A DNA stretch of 64,000 bases from assembly GCF_002854065.1 (NCBI RefSeq), contig NZ_CP024147.1; one strand, written 5' to 3'. Positions 22,549-35,050 of this stretch are shown piece after piece. This DNA comes from Escherichia coli (GTDB taxonomy: Bacteria; Pseudomonadota; Gammaproteobacteria; Enterobacterales; Enterobacteriaceae). Each line of letters begins with the position of its first letter. Position 1 is the stretch's first letter. A model generated the notes under the pieces. It made no database searches and was not told where the DNA came from. It saw only the letters and a list, made by a program, of their open reading frames with translations. A program made the position numbers and the translations under genes.

Positions 22549-23724
22549 ATGGATACGTCACTGGCTGAGGAAGTACAGCAGACCATGGCAACACTTGCGC
22601 CCAATCGCTTTTTCTTTATGTCGCCGTACCGCAGTTTTACGACGTCAGGATGTTTCGCCCGCTTCGATGAACCGGCTGTGAACGGGGATTCGCCTGACAG
22701 TCCCTTCCAGCAAAAACTCGCCGCGCTGTTTGCCGATGCCAAAGCGCAGGGCATCAAAAATCCGGTGATGGTCGGGGCGATTCCCTTCGATCCACGTCAG
22801 CCTTCGTCGCTGTATATTCCCGAATCCTGGCAGTCGTTCTCCCGTCAGGAAAAACAAACTTCCGCACGCCGTTTCACCCGCAGCCAGTTGCTGAATGTGG
22901 TGGAACGCCAGGCAATTCCGGAACAAACCACGTTTGAACAGATGGTTGCCCGCGCCGCCGCACTTACCGCCACGCCGCAGGTCGACAAAGTGGTGTTGTC
23001 ACGGTTGATTGATATCACCACTGACGCCGCCATTGATAGTGGCGTATTGCTGGAACGGTTGATTGCGCAAAACCCGGTTAGTTACAACTTCCATGTGCCG
23101 TTGGCAGATGGTGGCGTCCTGCTGGGGGCCAGCCCGGAACTGCTGCTACGTAAAGACGGCGAGCGTTTTAGCTCCATTCCGTTAGCCGGTTCCGCACGTC
23201 GTCAGCCGGATGAAGTGCTCGATCGCGAAGCGGGTAATCGTCTGCTGGCGTCAGAAAAAGATCGCCATGAACATGAACTGGTGACTCAGGCGATGAAAGA
23301 GGTACTGCGCGAACGCAGTAGTGAGTTACACGTTCCTTCCTCTCCACAATTGATTACCACGCCGACGCTGTGGCATCTCGCAACTCCCTTTGAAGGTAAA
23401 GCGAATTCGCAAGAAAACGCACTGACTCTGGCCTGTCTGCTGCATCCGACCCCCGCGCTGAGCGGTTTCCCGCATCAGGCCGCGACCCAGGTTATTGCTG
23501 AACTGGAGCCGTTCGACCGCGAACTGTTTGGCGGCATTGTGGGTTGGTGTGACAGCGAAGGTAACGGCGAATGGGTGGTGACCATCCGCTGCGCGAAGCT
23601 GCGGGAAAATCAGGTGCGTCTGTTTGCCGGAGCGGGGATTGTGCCTGCGTCGTCACCGTTGGGTGAGTGGCGCGAAACAGGCGTCAAACTTTCTACCATG
23701 TTGAACGTTTTTGGATTGCATTAA
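22549..23724 (+). CDS. entC: Isochorismate synthase EntC
   Basis: Track ORF 22537..23724; recalled EntC (391 aa) starts MDTSLAEE at the ATG at 22549. Confidence 0.9.
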   Translation: MDTSLAEEVQQTMATLAPNRFFFMSPYRSFTTSGCFARFDEPAVNGDSPDSPFQQKLAALFADAKAQGIKNPVMVGAIPFDPRQPSSLYIPESWQSFSRQEKQTSARRFTRSQLLNVVERQAIPEQTTFEQMVARAAALTATPQVDKVVLSRLIDITTDAAIDSGVLLERLIAQNPVSYNFHVPLADGGVLLGASPELLLRKDGERFSSIPLAGSARRQPDEVLDREAGNRLLASEKDRHEHELVTQAMKEVLRERSSELHVPSSPQLITTPTLWHLATPFEGKANSQENALTLACLLHPTPALSGFPHQAATQVIAELEPFDRELFGGIVGWCDSEGNGEWVVTIRCAKLRENQVRLFAGAGIVPASSPLGEWRETGVKLSTMLNVFGLH

Positions 23725-23733
23725 GGAGCGATG

Positions 23734-25344
23734 ATGAGCATTCCATTTACCCGCTGGCCAGAAGAGTTTGCCCGTCGCTATCGGGAAAAAGGTTACTGGC
23801 AGGATTTGCCGCTGACCGACATTCTGACTCGCCACGCTGCGAGTGACAGCATCGCGGTTATCGACGGCGAGCGGCAGTTGAGTTATCGGGAGCTGAATCA
23901 GGCGGCGGATAACCTCGCGTGTAGTTTGCGCCGTCAGGGAATTAAACCTGGTGAAACCGCGCTGGTACAACTTGGTAACGTCGCTGAACTTTATATTACC
24001 TTTTTCGCGCTGCTGAAACTGGGCGTTGCGCCGGTGCTGGCGCTGTTCAGCCATCAGCGTAGTGAACTGAACGCCTATGCCAGCCAGATTGAACCGGCGT
24101 TACTGATTGCCGATCGCCAACATGCGCTGTTTAGCGGGGATGATTTCCTCAACACATTTGTTGCAGAGCATTCTTCTATTCGCGTGGTGCAACTGCACAA
24201 CGACAGCGGTGAGCATAACTTGCAGGATGCGATTAACCATCCGGCAGACGGTTTTACTGCCACGCCGTCACCTGCTGATGAAGTGGCCTATTTCCAGCTT
24301 TCCGGCGGCACCACCGGCACACCGAAACTGATCCCGCGCACTCATAACGACTACTACTACAGCGTGCGTCGTAGCGTCGAGATTTGTCAGTTTACGCAAC
24401 AGACGCGCTACCTGTGCGCGATCCCGGCGGCTCATAACTACGCCATGAGTTCGCCAGGATCGCTGGGCGTCTTTCTTGCCGGAGGAACGGTTGTTCTGGC
24501 GGCCGATCCCAGCGCCACGCTCTGTTTCCCATTGATTGAAAAACATCAGATTAACGTTACCGCGCTGGTGCCGCCGGCAGTCAGCCTGTGGTTGCAGGCG
24601 CTGACCGAAGGCGAAAGCCGGGCGCAGCTTGCCTCGCTGAAACTGTTACAGGTCGGCGGCGCACGTCTTTCAGCCACGCTTGCGGCCCGTATTCCCGCTG
24701 AGATTGGCTGCCAGTTGCAGCAGGTGTTTGGCATGGCGGAAGGGCTGGTGAACTACACCCGTCTTGATGATAGCGAGGAGAAAATTATCCATACCCAGGG
24801 TTACCCAATGTGTCCGGACGATGAAGTGTGGGTTGCTGATGCCGAAGGAAATCCACTGCCGCAAGGGGAAGTTGGACGCCTGATGACGCGCGGGCCGTAC
24901 ACCTTCCGCGGTTATTACAAAAGCCCGCAGCACAATGCCAGTGCCTTTGATGCCAACGGTTTTTACTGTTCCGGCGATCTGATCTCTATTGATCCAGAGG
25001 GTTACATCACCGTGCAGGGGCGCGAGAAAGATCAGATCAACCGTGGCGGCGAGAAGATCGCTGCCGAAGAGATCGAAAACCTGTTGCTGCGCCATCCGGC
25101 GGTGATCTACGCCGCACTGGTCAGTATGGAAGATGAGCTGATGGGCGAAAAAAGCTGTGCTTATCTGGTGGTAAAAGAGCCGCTGCGCGCGGTGCAGGTG
25201 CGTCGTTTCCTGCGTGAACAGGGTATTGCCGAATTTAAATTACCGGATCGCGTGGAGTGTGTGGATTCACTTCCGCTGACGGCGGTCGGGAAAGTCGATA
25301 AAAAACAATTACGTCAGTGGCTGGCGTCACGCGCATCAGCCTGA
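23734..25344 (+). CDS. entE: 2,3-dihydroxybenzoate-AMP ligase EntE
   Basis: Track ORF 23731..25344; recalled EntE (536 aa) starts MSIPFTRW; adenylation motifs present. Confidence 0.9.
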   Translation: MSIPFTRWPEEFARRYREKGYWQDLPLTDILTRHAASDSIAVIDGERQLSYRELNQAADNLACSLRRQGIKPGETALVQLGNVAELYITFFALLKLGVAPVLALFSHQRSELNAYASQIEPALLIADRQHALFSGDDFLNTFVAEHSSIRVVQLHNDSGEHNLQDAINHPADGFTATPSPADEVAYFQLSGGTTGTPKLIPRTHNDYYYSVRRSVEICQFTQQTRYLCAIPAAHNYAMSSPGSLGVFLAGGTVVLAADPSATLCFPLIEKHQINVTALVPPAVSLWLQALTEGESRAQLASLKLLQVGGARLSATLAARIPAEIGCQLQQVFGMAEGLVNYTRLDDSEEKIIHTQGYPMCPDDEVWVADAEGNPLPQGEVGRLMTRGPYTFRGYYKSPQHNASAFDANGFYCSGDLISIDPEGYITVQGREKDQINRGGEKIAAEEIENLLLRHPAVIYAALVSMEDELMGEKSCAYLVVKEPLRAVQVRRFLREQGIAEFKLPDRVECVDSLPLTAVGKVDKKQLRQWLASRASA

Positions 25345-25357
25345 AGGAGAGAACACG

Positions 25358-26214
25358 ATGGCTATTCCAAAATTACAGGCTTACGCACTGCCGGAGTCTC
25401 ACGATATCCCTAAGAATAAAGTCGACTGGCCCTTTGAACCGCAACGTGCCGCGTTGTTAATCCATGATATGCAGGACTATTTTGTCAGCTTCTGGGGTGA
25501 GAACTGCCCGATGATGGAGCAGGTGATCGCGAATATTGCGGTACTGCGCGACTACTGCAAACAGCACAATATCCCGGTTTATTACACCGCCCAGCCGAAA
25601 GAGCAAAGCGATGAAGATAGGGCGCTGTTGAATGATATGTGGGGGCCGGGCCTGACCCGCTCGCCGGAACAGCAAAAGGTGGTGGATCGCCTGACGCCAG
25701 ATGCCGACGACACGGTGCTGGTGAAGTGGCGCTACAGCGCGTTTCATCGTTCTCCGCTGGAGCAAATGCTCAAAGAGAGTGGACGTAACCAGCTGATTAT
25801 TACAGGGGTATATGCCCACATTGGCTGTATGACCACCGCAACCGACGCATTTATGCGCGATATTAAACCGTTTATGGTGGCGGATGCGCTGGCCGATTTC
25901 AGCCGTGACGAGCATTTGATGTCGCTGAAATATGTGGCCGGACGTTCTGGCCGGGTGGTGATGACCGAAGAATTACTGCCAGCACCTATCCCCGCCAGCA
26001 AAGCGGCGCTGCGTGAGGTTATCCTGCCGTTGCTGGACGAGTCCGATGAACCGTTCGATGACGACAACCTGATCGACTACGGTCTGGATTCGGTGCGCAT
26101 GATGGCGCTGGCGGCGCGCTGGCGCAAAGTGCATGGCGATATCGACTTTGTCATGCTGGCGAAAAACCCGACCATCGACGCCTGGTGGAAGCTACTCTCC
26201 CGCGAGGTGAAATA

Positions 26215-26215
<1 letters not shown>
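25358..26215 (+). CDS. entB: Isochorismatase / aryl carrier protein EntB
   Basis: 285-aa ORF MAIPKLQAYALPESHDIP...; C-terminal carrier domain with DSV serine motif. Confidence 0.9.
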
Positions 26216-27377
<1,162 letters not shown>

Positions 27378-27557
27378 ACCCGACAGAATTAAATGAGATT
27401 GCAGGAAAACTCGGTTAACGGAGTGATCGAGTTAACATTGTTAAGTTAAATATTGGTTTCAACTCCGATTTACATGGTTGCCGTGTTGTTAAATTGTACA
27501 AAGATGTTATAGAAACAAAATGTAACATCTCTATGGACACGCACACGGATAACAACT

Positions 27558-29663
27558 ATGAACAAATCAGGGAAATACCTCGTCTGGACAGTGCTCTCTG
27601 TAATGGGAGCATTTGCTCTGGGATACATTGCTTTAAATCGTGGGGAACAGATCAACGCGCTGTGGATTGTGGTGGCGTCGGTCTGTATCTATCTGATCGC
27701 TTACCGTTTTTATGGGCTGTATATCGCCAAAAATGTGCTGGCGGTTGACCCGACGCGTATGACGCCAGCGGTGCGCCATAACGACGGGCTGGACTATGTG
27801 CCGACGGACAAGAAAGTGCTGTTCGGTCACCATTTTGCGGCCATTGCCGGAGCAGGTCCGTTGGTTGGGCCGGTACTGGCGGCGCAAATGGGTTACCTGC
27901 CGGGGATGATCTGGCTACTCGCCGGGGTGGTTCTCGCCGGTGCAGTGCAGGATTTCATGGTGCTGTTTGTTTCTACGCGTCGTGACGGTCGCTCGCTGGG
28001 TGAGCTGGTCAAAGAAGAGATGGGGCCAACCGCCGGGGTGATAGCGCTGGTGGCCTGCTTTATGATCATGGTCATTATCCTTGCAGTACTGGCGATGATC
28101 GTGGTGAAAGCCCTGACTCATAGCCCGTGGGGAACGTATACCGTTGCGTTCACCATTCCGCTGGCGATTTTTATGGGAATCTACCTGCGCTATCTGCGTC
28201 CGGGGCGTATTGGTGAAGTGTCGGTCATCGGTCTGGTATTCCTGATTTTTGCCATTATCTCTGGCGGCTGGGTGGCAGAAAGTCCGACCTGGGCACCGTA
28301 CTTTGACTTTACCGGCGTGCAGCTAACCTGGATGCTGGTGGGTTACGGTTTTGTGGCGGCGGTGCTGCCGGTGTGGTTGCTGCTGGCTCCGCGTGACTAC
28401 CTCTCTACCTTCCTGAAAATCGGGACGATCGTCGGTCTGGCGGTAGGCATTTTGATTATGCGCCCGACGCTGACCATGCCTGCACTAACTAAATTTGTTG
28501 ATGGTACTGGCCCGGTATGGACCGGTAACCTGTTCCCGTTCCTGTTTATCACCATCGCCTGTGGCGCGGTGTCTGGCTTCCATGCGCTGATCTCTTCCGG
28601 CACCACGCCGAAGATGCTGGCGAACGAAGGGCAGGCGTGCTTTATCGGCTACGGTGGAATGTTAATGGAATCCTTCGTGGCGATTATGGCACTGGTTTCC
28701 GCCTGTATCATCGATCCGGGCGTGTACTTCGCCATGAACAGCCCGATGGCGGTGCTGGCTCCGGCAGGGACGGCTGATGTGGTCGCTTCTGCCGCGCAAG
28801 TGGTGAGTAGCTGGGGCTTTGCGATTACTCCGGATACGCTCAACCAGATTGCCAGCGAAGTGGGGGAACAGTCGATCATTTCCCGTGCGGGCGGTGCGCC
28901 GACGTTGGCGGTGGGGATGGCTTACATCCTGCACGGTGCGCTGGGTGGTATGATGGATGTGGCGTTCTGGTATCACTTCGCCATTCTGTTTGAAGCTCTG
29001 TTTATTCTGACGGCGGTGGATGCAGGTACGCGTGCTGCGCGCTTTATGTTGCAGGATCTGCTGGGCGTGGTTTCTCCGGGCCTGAAACGGACCGATTCAC
29101 TGCCTGCTAACCTGCTGGCAACGGCGCTGTGCGTGCTGGCGTGGGGCTACTTCCTGCATCAGGGTGTGGTCGATCCGCTGGGCGGTATTAACACTCTGTG
29201 GCCGCTGTTTGGTATTGCCAACCAGATGCTGGCAGGGATGGCGCTGATGCTCTGTGCCGTGGTGCTGTTCAAGATGAAACGTCAACGTTACGCCTGGGTG
29301 GCGCTGGTACCAACGGCCTGGCTGCTGATTTGTACCCTGACCGCTGGCTGGCAGAAAGCGTTTAGCCCGGATGCGAAAGTCGGCTTCCTGGCCATTGCTA
29401 ACAAGTTCCAGGCAATGATCGACAGCGGCAATATTCCGTCGCAGTATACTGAGTCACAGCTGGCGCAACTGGTGTTCAACAACCGTCTGGATGCCGGGTT
29501 AACCATCTTCTTTATGGTGGTCGTGGTGGTTCTGGCACTGTTCTCGATTAAGACGGCACTTGCGGCATTGAAAGATCCGAAGCCAACGGCGAAAGAAACG
29601 CCGTATGAGCCGATGCCGGAAAATGTTGAGGAGATCGTAGCGCAGGCGAAAGGCGCGCACTAA
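27558..29663 (+). CDS. cstA: Carbon starvation protein A CstA (peptide/pyruvate transporter family)
   Basis: 701-aa polytopic membrane ORF matching recalled CstA. Confidence 0.9.
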   Translation: MNKSGKYLVWTVLSVMGAFALGYIALNRGEQINALWIVVASVCIYLIAYRFYGLYIAKNVLAVDPTRMTPAVRHNDGLDYVPTDKKVLFGHHFAAIAGAGPLVGPVLAAQMGYLPGMIWLLAGVVLAGAVQDFMVLFVSTRRDGRSLGELVKEEMGPTAGVIALVACFMIMVIILAVLAMIVVKALTHSPWGTYTVAFTIPLAIFMGIYLRYLRPGRIGEVSVIGLVFLIFAIISGGWVAESPTWAPYFDFTGVQLTWMLVGYGFVAAVLPVWLLLAPRDYLSTFLKIGTIVGLAVGILIMRPTLTMPALTKFVDGTGPVWTGNLFPFLFITIACGAVSGFHALISSGTTPKMLANEGQACFIGYGGMLMESFVAIMALVSACIIDPGVYFAMNSPMAVLAPAGTADVVASAAQVVSSWGFAITPDTLNQIASEVGEQSIISRAGGAPTLAVGMAYILHGALGGMMDVAFWYHFAILFEALFILTAVDAGTRAARFMLQDLLGVVSPGLKRTDSLPANLLATALCVLAWGYFLHQGVVDPLGGINTLWPLFGIANQMLAGMALMLCAVVLFKMKRQRYAWVALVPTAWLLICTLTAGWQKAFSPDAKVGFLAIANKFQAMIDSGNIPSQYTESQLAQLVFNNRLDAGLTIFFMVVVVVLALFSIKTALAALKDPKPTAKETPYEPMPENVEEIVAQAKGAH

Positions 29664-29667
29664 AGTC

Positions 29668-29752
29668 AGAGTGAGGGGGGATGTTGGCGAATGTTGGCAT
29701 AGTGCCGAGGGTTCCCCCTCACCCTAACCCTCTCCCCGATGGGGCGAGGGGA
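29668..29752 (+). repeat. BoxC-like GC-rich imperfect palindromic intergenic repeat
   Basis: gtgaggggggatg ... ccccctcaccctaaccctctccccgatggggcgagggg resembles the E. coli BoxC repeat family; assignment from memory. Confidence 0.45.
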
Positions 29753-29777
29753 CTGACCGAGCGCGTTGATAGCATTT

Positions 29778-29812
29778 GTAGGCCGGATAAAGCGTTCACG
29801 CCGCATCCGGCA
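29778..29812 (+). repeat. REP element
   Basis: gtaggccggataaagcgttcacgccgcatccggca is a canonical REP palindrome. Confidence 0.75.
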
Positions 29813-29844
29813 CTCTTTCAGCAACATGGTTAGCGGAGGCCAAG

Positions 29845-30042
29845 ATGTTTGATTCACTGGCAAAAGCCGGAAAATATTTAGGTCAGGCGGCGAAGCTGAT
29901 GATTGGTATGCCTGATTACGACAACTATGTCGAACATATGCGGGTTAACCATCCCGATCAAACGCCGATGACCTACGAAGAGTTTTTCCGTGAGCGGCAG
30001 GACGCGCGCTACGGTGGAAAAGGCGGCGCGCGCTGCTGCTAA
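29845..30042 (+). CDS. ybdD: Small protein YbdD (DUF466), partner of CstA
   Basis: 65-aa [36 protein letters not shown]... matching recalled YbdD. Confidence 0.85.
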   Translation: MFDSLAKAGKYLGQAAKLMIGMPDYDNYVEHMRVNHPDQTPMTYEEFFRERQDARYGGKGGARCC

Positions 30043-30051
30043 ATTTGCACG

Positions 30052-31140
30052 TCAGGCTTTAAACGATTCCACTTTTTCGAACGCTGCACGCAACGTATCT
30101 GGTGTCAGCGTGACCGGCAGGTAATGAATGGATTCCACCGGACGTAAGGTGTGGGCAATCACTTTGTCGATCTCCGCCTGATTATTGATATCCACTTCCA
30201 GCTCCGCCAGCGTAGTCGGCAGATGAAAACGCTGATACGCTCCAGTTAATTGCGCCAGAACATCATCCTGACCCAGCAAGGCGCTTTGCACCAGAATTCC
30301 GTAGGCGACTTTGGTGCCGTGAAGAAACTTCTCGGTTTGCGGCAGCACGGTCAGACCGTTATGCACGGCATGAGCCGCCGCCACACGCGTAAAACGATCG
30401 CCCAGACCACCGACCATCCCACCACCAGCAATAATAGCATCCACCACATCGCAAAATGATTGCGTTAACTGTTGATTTTGCTGATCGCTCAGCGCCTGTT
30501 CGCTACTGTTTAACAAGACGTCGCGAATGGCCTGCGCATTATTGATTCCCAGCCGCACGGTTAGCGGCAACGTTTCTGGTTGCGGAGCCAGCACCACCGC
30601 TTCATACCATTTCGCCAGCGTATCACCGATCCCCGCCAGCAGATATTGTTGCGGCGCATTGAGGATAATCTCCGGTTCCACCAGCACCATAAAATTGGCG
30701 TCGTCGAAAATCTCATAATGCAGCGCCTGTCCGGCATCGTTATACCAGACGGAGAGCGGTGTCCAGGCGGCGCAGGTGGCGGCGATCGTCGGAGCGGCAA
30801 CAAATGGCAGATCGAGACGGCGGGCGAGGGCTTTCGCGGTGTCGAGCAGTGCGCCGCCGCCGACGCCAATCACCACGCTGCGATCGTCACCGGACTCAGC
30901 CGCCAGTTGCTGTACATCGCTTTCGCTGCAATGACCACGAAACAAAATATGCTTTGCCCCTGGAAGTCCAAACGCTGGCGGAAGTTTGGTTTGCGCCGCA
31001 GCAATGGCGCGTTTGCCGTAGATCCACACCGCGCGAGAAAGTTGTTCATCAGTGAAAAAATCGTGCAGGTGATTGAAACTTCCTGGATGTGAAAAGTAGT
31101 TAGCCGGGCCGACGACCACGCGGATAGGATTGTGAGGCAT
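30052..31140 (-). CDS. ybdH: Iron-containing alcohol/hydroxycarboxylate dehydrogenase family protein YbdH
   Basis: 362-aa ORF matching recalled YbdH. Confidence 0.85.
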   Translation of the reverse strand: MPHNPIRVVVGPANYFSHPGSFNHLHDFFTDEQLSRAVWIYGKRAIAAAQTKLPPAFGLPGAKHILFRGHCSESDVQQLAAESGDDRSVVIGVGGGALLDTAKALARRLDLPFVAAPTIAATCAAWTPLSVWYNDAGQALHYEIFDDANFMVLVEPEIILNAPQQYLLAGIGDTLAKWYEAVVLAPQPETLPLTVRLGINNAQAIRDVLLNSSEQALSDQQNQQLTQSFCDVVDAIIAGGGMVGGLGDRFTRVAAAHAVHNGLTVLPQTEKFLHGTKVAYGILVQSALLGQDDVLAQLTGAYQRFHLPTTLAELEVDINNQAEIDKVIAHTLRPVESIHYLPVTLTPDTLRAAFEKVESFKA

Positions 31141-31248
31141 GTTGTGTTGTCCTTATTGTTTTATTTAGACATCTAAACGTCTTGATTGCCAAATACTAGC
31201 ATCGTGTTATAGTGCCTTCAACTCGCAACTTCGTCAGGTACAATAAAA

Positions 31249-32409
31249 ATGACAAATAACCCTCTGATTCCACAAAGCAAACTTCCACAACTTGGCACCA
31301 CTATTTTCACCCAGATGAGCGCGCTGGCGCAGCAACACCAGGCGATTAACCTGTCGCAAGGCTTTCCTGATTTTGATGGTCCGCGCTATTTACAGGAGCG
31401 GCTGGCGTACCACGTTGCCCAGGGGGCAAACCAATACGCGCCCATGACCGGCGTGCAGGCCTTGCGCGAGGCGATTGCTCAGAAAACGGAACGTTTGTAT
31501 GGCTATCAACCAGATGCCGATAGCGATATCACCGTAACGGCAGGGGCGACGGAAGCGTTATACGCGGCGATTACCGCACTGGTGCGCAATGGCGATGAAG
31601 TGATTTGTTTTGATCCCAGCTATGACAGTTACGCCCCCGCCATCGCGCTTTCTGGGGGAATAGTGAAGCGTATGGCACTGCAACCACCGCATTTTCGCGT
31701 TGACTGGCAGGAATTTGCCGCATTGTTAAGCGAGCGCACCAGACTGGTGATCCTCAACACACCACATAACCCTAGCGCTACTGTCTGGCAGCAGGCTGAT
31801 TTCGCCGCTTTGTGGCAGGCGATCGCCGGGCACGAGATTTTTGTCATTAGCGATGAAGTCTACGAGCACATCAACTTTTCACAACAGGGCCATGCCAGTG
31901 TGCTGGCGCATCCGCAGCTGCGTGAGCGGGCAGTGGCGGTGTCATCGTTTGGCAAGACCTATCATATGACCGGCTGGAAAGTGGGTTATTGCATAGCGCC
32001 AGCGCCCATCAGTGCCGAAATTCGCAAGGTACATCAGTATCTGACCTTTTCGGTAAATACCCCGGCACAGCTGGCAATTGCGGATATGCTACGTGCAGAA
32101 CCTGAGCATTATCTTGCGTTACCGGACTTTTATCGCCAGAAGCGCGATATTCTGGTGAACGCCTTAAGTGAGAGTCGGCTGGAGATTTTACCGTGCGAAG
32201 GCACATACTTTTTGCTGGTGGATTACAGCGCCGTATCTACCCTGGATGATGTTGAGTTTTGCCAGTGGCTGACGCAGGAGCACGGCGTAGCGGCGATTCC
32301 GCTATCGGTGTTTTGCGCCGATCCCTTCCCACATAAACTGATTCGTCTCTGTTTTGCCAAGAAGGAATCGACGTTGCTGGCAGCAGCTGAACGCCTGCGC
32401 CAGCTTTAG
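31249..32409 (+). CDS. ybdL: PLP-dependent methionine aminotransferase YbdL
   Basis: 386-aa ORF with aminotransferase class I features (SFGKTY lysine motif); matches recalled YbdL. Confidence 0.85.
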   Translation: MTNNPLIPQSKLPQLGTTIFTQMSALAQQHQAINLSQGFPDFDGPRYLQERLAYHVAQGANQYAPMTGVQALREAIAQKTERLYGYQPDADSDITVTAGATEALYAAITALVRNGDEVICFDPSYDSYAPAIALSGGIVKRMALQPPHFRVDWQEFAALLSERTRLVILNTPHNPSATVWQQADFAALWQAIAGHEIFVISDEVYEHINFSQQGHASVLAHPQLRERAVAVSSFGKTYHMTGWKVGYCIAPAPISAEIRKVHQYLTFSVNTPAQLAIADMLRAEPEHYLALPDFYRQKRDILVNALSESRLEILPCEGTYFLLVDYSAVSTLDDVEFCQWLTQEHGVAAIPLSVFCADPFPHKLIRLCFAKKESTLLAAAERLRQL

Positions 32410-33039
32410 CTATTTAACCGTCCAGGCGCGGGAATATTGACGGTCGGCAAACAACTCTTGCAGGCCGTTAATTTGCTTCAGGCGCAGCACTTCGTCGCTG
32501 TCCATTCCCAGCTCTTTGCCAATTTTATTATCGTCCCATCCCAACTGGCTAAGTTCACGGACGATTTCCGACATGGCGGTGATTTGATGGCGTCCACGAG
32601 CGCGATTATGACGAATAGTCGCGGCGATGCGTTGATTACGCGTACCTTCCAGACAGGTCACCGGCAAATAACCTTTTAAGCGTAATTGTAATGATGATGA
32701 GCCTTTACCAATTTCATGGCGGTGAAAACCATCCACGATTTCCAGAGCATTTTTATCCGTATGCGTGACCACAATGGGTTGGGTAAAACCATCTATTTCA
32801 ATGGATTTTTGCAGCAGTTTCTTCTCTGGCGGTGCCACATTATTGGGATTGTAATCATTTGGCACGAGCTGGCTATTTTTCACCCACAGAACGCAATCCA
32901 CTGGCTCTTCACGAAAGGGGCTAACCTGATGGATCGCCATGCGGATTTCATTAATCGCTTTGATGCGATCATCTTCCGGCAAGCTGGCGAGAAATTGCGT
33001 TAAATCCTGCGTTAATCGTTGTTGCATAGTATCCCCCAT
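32410..33039 (-). CDS. ybdM: ParB-like nuclease-domain protein YbdM
   Basis: 209-aa ORF matching recalled YbdM; 28-nt overlap with upstream ybdN. Confidence 0.8.
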   Translation of the reverse strand: MGDTMQQRLTQDLTQFLASLPEDDRIKAINEIRMAIHQVSPFREEPVDCVLWVKNSQLVPNDYNPNNVAPPEKKLLQKSIEIDGFTQPIVVTHTDKNALEIVDGFHRHEIGKGSSSLQLRLKGYLPVTCLEGTRNQRIAATIRHNRARGRHQITAMSEIVRELSQLGWDDNKIGKELGMDSDEVLRLKQINGLQELFADRQYSRAWTVK

Positions 33040-34232
33040 TCCTGACGTTTTCCTTTTATCCGTTCGTTATAACGCTGATAGTTCTTCGCTTTCGTAGGAC
33101 TAAATGATAATGCCCGACACCAGTAATCGTTATTGAGTAAAACTTTGCATATCCGCCGCCAGGAGGGGATATCTTTCGCGCCAATGTCCCCTTGCTGGGT
33201 TTGTGGAACCTCGATGCCTTTTTTCTGATACCAGTGCAAATAAATGGCGATTTTATTGCGGTAATGCTCAGCTGTTTTTTCCGGCATGCTATTGAGCAGC
33301 AATAATGCATATTCTTGCCAGTCTAAATGTTCTGGCTTGAGGATTTTCCGATGCCCATAGAAATGATTGTCATGTCCGGCGTAAATGCCGCCACTTTTTA
33401 CCCCGCTGACTCGTGCGCACATAGCAGCCCAGCGATCCGGTTCGATAACGTGATAGAGCCATAATCCTTGTCGTTGCTCCGGGCCAAAAGGTTCGCAAAT
33501 TCGCATATGACGCAGAGGAACGCCTGCCTGATACATCAGGTTATACAGTGGGTTGCAGAGACTTTGATGATTTGCATACCAGGTCCAGATATCAGCCACT
33601 TTCCAGTCGTAAATGGGATAAATGTACCAGCTATGACCGCCTGGTGCGGCCGTAGTCCAGGGTTTATCGTCGGCAAAACGTTGTTTATTTAAACTGGCGA
33701 TGGCGACAAAACGGTTGTAGGACTCATCCGCACGGATGCCGATCATCATCGCCGCCGGACGTTTTTGTGAAAACCATTCGGCAAACTCACGTACAAATTG
33801 TTCGAAGGTCATGCCTGGCTGGTAAAAGGAGAAAAAGTCAGGATCGGTTATCGCATCTTGCGGGGGCTGACGCACCCATTCGACATCAGGTTCCCAGCAC
33901 TGCCATTCGGGTTGGTATTGTGAAAGGGAATTTTGCGTCGTAAGCGGGAGCGCAACCCAGTAAAACTCTTCGATGACATCGGTGTACAACTCGTGCAGGG
34001 ACTGAACATAATTAATGGTGCAAGAGAATTGCGCCTCCCAGTCGATAAACAAAACGCAGATTTTTTTGCCCATTTGTCGGGCAAGTTCGGCTGTCAGATG
34101 CAGCATTAAACCAGAGTCTTTGCCGCCAGAAAATGAGACACAAACGCGGGGTAGGGTGTTGAGTGTCCAGGTAATACGCTCTCGTGCAGCTTCCAGAATA
34201 TTGAGCGGAAGAGGAATTTTATAAATAGACAT
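33012..34232 (-). CDS. ybdN: PAPS-reductase-like (adenine nucleotide alpha-hydrolase) protein YbdN
   Basis: 406-aa ORF with an N-terminal SFSGGKDS PP-loop motif; matches recalled YbdN. Confidence 0.8.
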   Translation of the reverse strand: MSIYKIPLPLNILEAARERITWTLNTLPRVCVSFSGGKDSGLMLHLTAELARQMGKKICVLFIDWEAQFSCTINYVQSLHELYTDVIEEFYWVALPLTTQNSLSQYQPEWQCWEPDVEWVRQPPQDAITDPDFFSFYQPGMTFEQFVREFAEWFSQKRPAAMMIGIRADESYNRFVAIASLNKQRFADDKPWTTAAPGGHSWYIYPIYDWKVADIWTWYANHQSLCNPLYNLMYQAGVPLRHMRICEPFGPEQRQGLWLYHVIEPDRWAAMCARVSGVKSGGIYAGHDNHFYGHRKILKPEHLDWQEYALLLLNSMPEKTAEHYRNKIAIYLHWYQKKGIEVPQTQQGDIGAKDIPSWRRICKVLLNNDYWCRALSFSPTKAKNYQRYNERIKGKRQEWGILCNND

Positions 34233-34774
34233 CTGAAGACGCTCTCTGAACGTTACAGGGTGATCAGTGAGATAAGACTGTTAATTATAAAGTAAACACT
34301 GAAAAGCAGAGTGTTTTATTTTTCATTCGCGCTGTGAATAAATAGGTGAAAGTTATAGTAGCTGTCTGAGGTTATATATCAAAAACACTCATTTAGACGG
34401 TCAATGAATCGTGAGAACACCAGATTGTTTAAAGAAGATTTATTATAGGAAATGTAAAGCTTTATTGAAGGTAACGGATGTTCTAGTTTTATCTCTTTTA
34501 AATTAAGAAAGTCACGGTGGGAGTTATAAAGTTCATAGGGGACTATTCCCAGTAAATCTGTAACTGCAATGCTATTAATGATTGTCAGCAAAGAGGAACC
34601 ACGAAATGAAATTTTGCGATTCATAAATCTCTCGTCTATTTCCATTTGAATATCATCAACCCCTGCTGATTTAGATATTAATTGGGTGAACTCTTCTGCC
34701 ATAATTTGTTCATAAGTGCGGTGATGCTGCCAACTTACTGATTTAGTGTATGATGGTGTTTTTGAGGTGCTCCA

Positions 34775-35050
34775 GTGGCTTCTGTTTCTATCAGCTGTCC
34801 CTCCTGTTCAGCTACTGACGGGGTGGTGCGTAACGGCAAAAGCACTGCCGGACATCAGCGCTATCTCTGCTCTCACTGCCGTAAAACATGGCAACTGCAG
34901 TTCACTTACACCGCTTCTCAACCCGGTACGCACCAGAAAATCATTGATATGGCCATGAATGGCGTTGGATGCCGGGCAACCGCCCGCATTATGGGCGTTG
35001 GCCTCAACACGATTTTCCGCCATTTAAAAAACTCAGGCCGCAGTCGGTAA
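34775..35050 (+). CDS. insA: IS1 InsA
   Basis: 91-aa [27 protein letters not shown]... (zinc-finger/HTH protein of IS1). Confidence 0.95.
   Translation: MASVSISCPSCSATDGVVRNGKSTAGHQRYLCSHCRKTWQLQFTYTASQPGTHQKIIDMAMNGVGCRATARIMGVGLNTIFRHLKNSGRSR

Noticed and set aside
27378-27557. CRP site upstream of cstA
   Set aside because: cstA is known to be CRP-dependent, but the best candidate I could see (tgtaacatctctatggaca) matches only one half-site well; not reported as a feature.
29666-29863. 65-aa minus-strand ORF in the cstA-ybdD spacer and 61-aa ORF (7874..8059) in the entD-fepA spacer
   Set aside because: Both are composed largely of REP/BoxC repeat sequence; repeat-derived ORFs are not expected to be translated.
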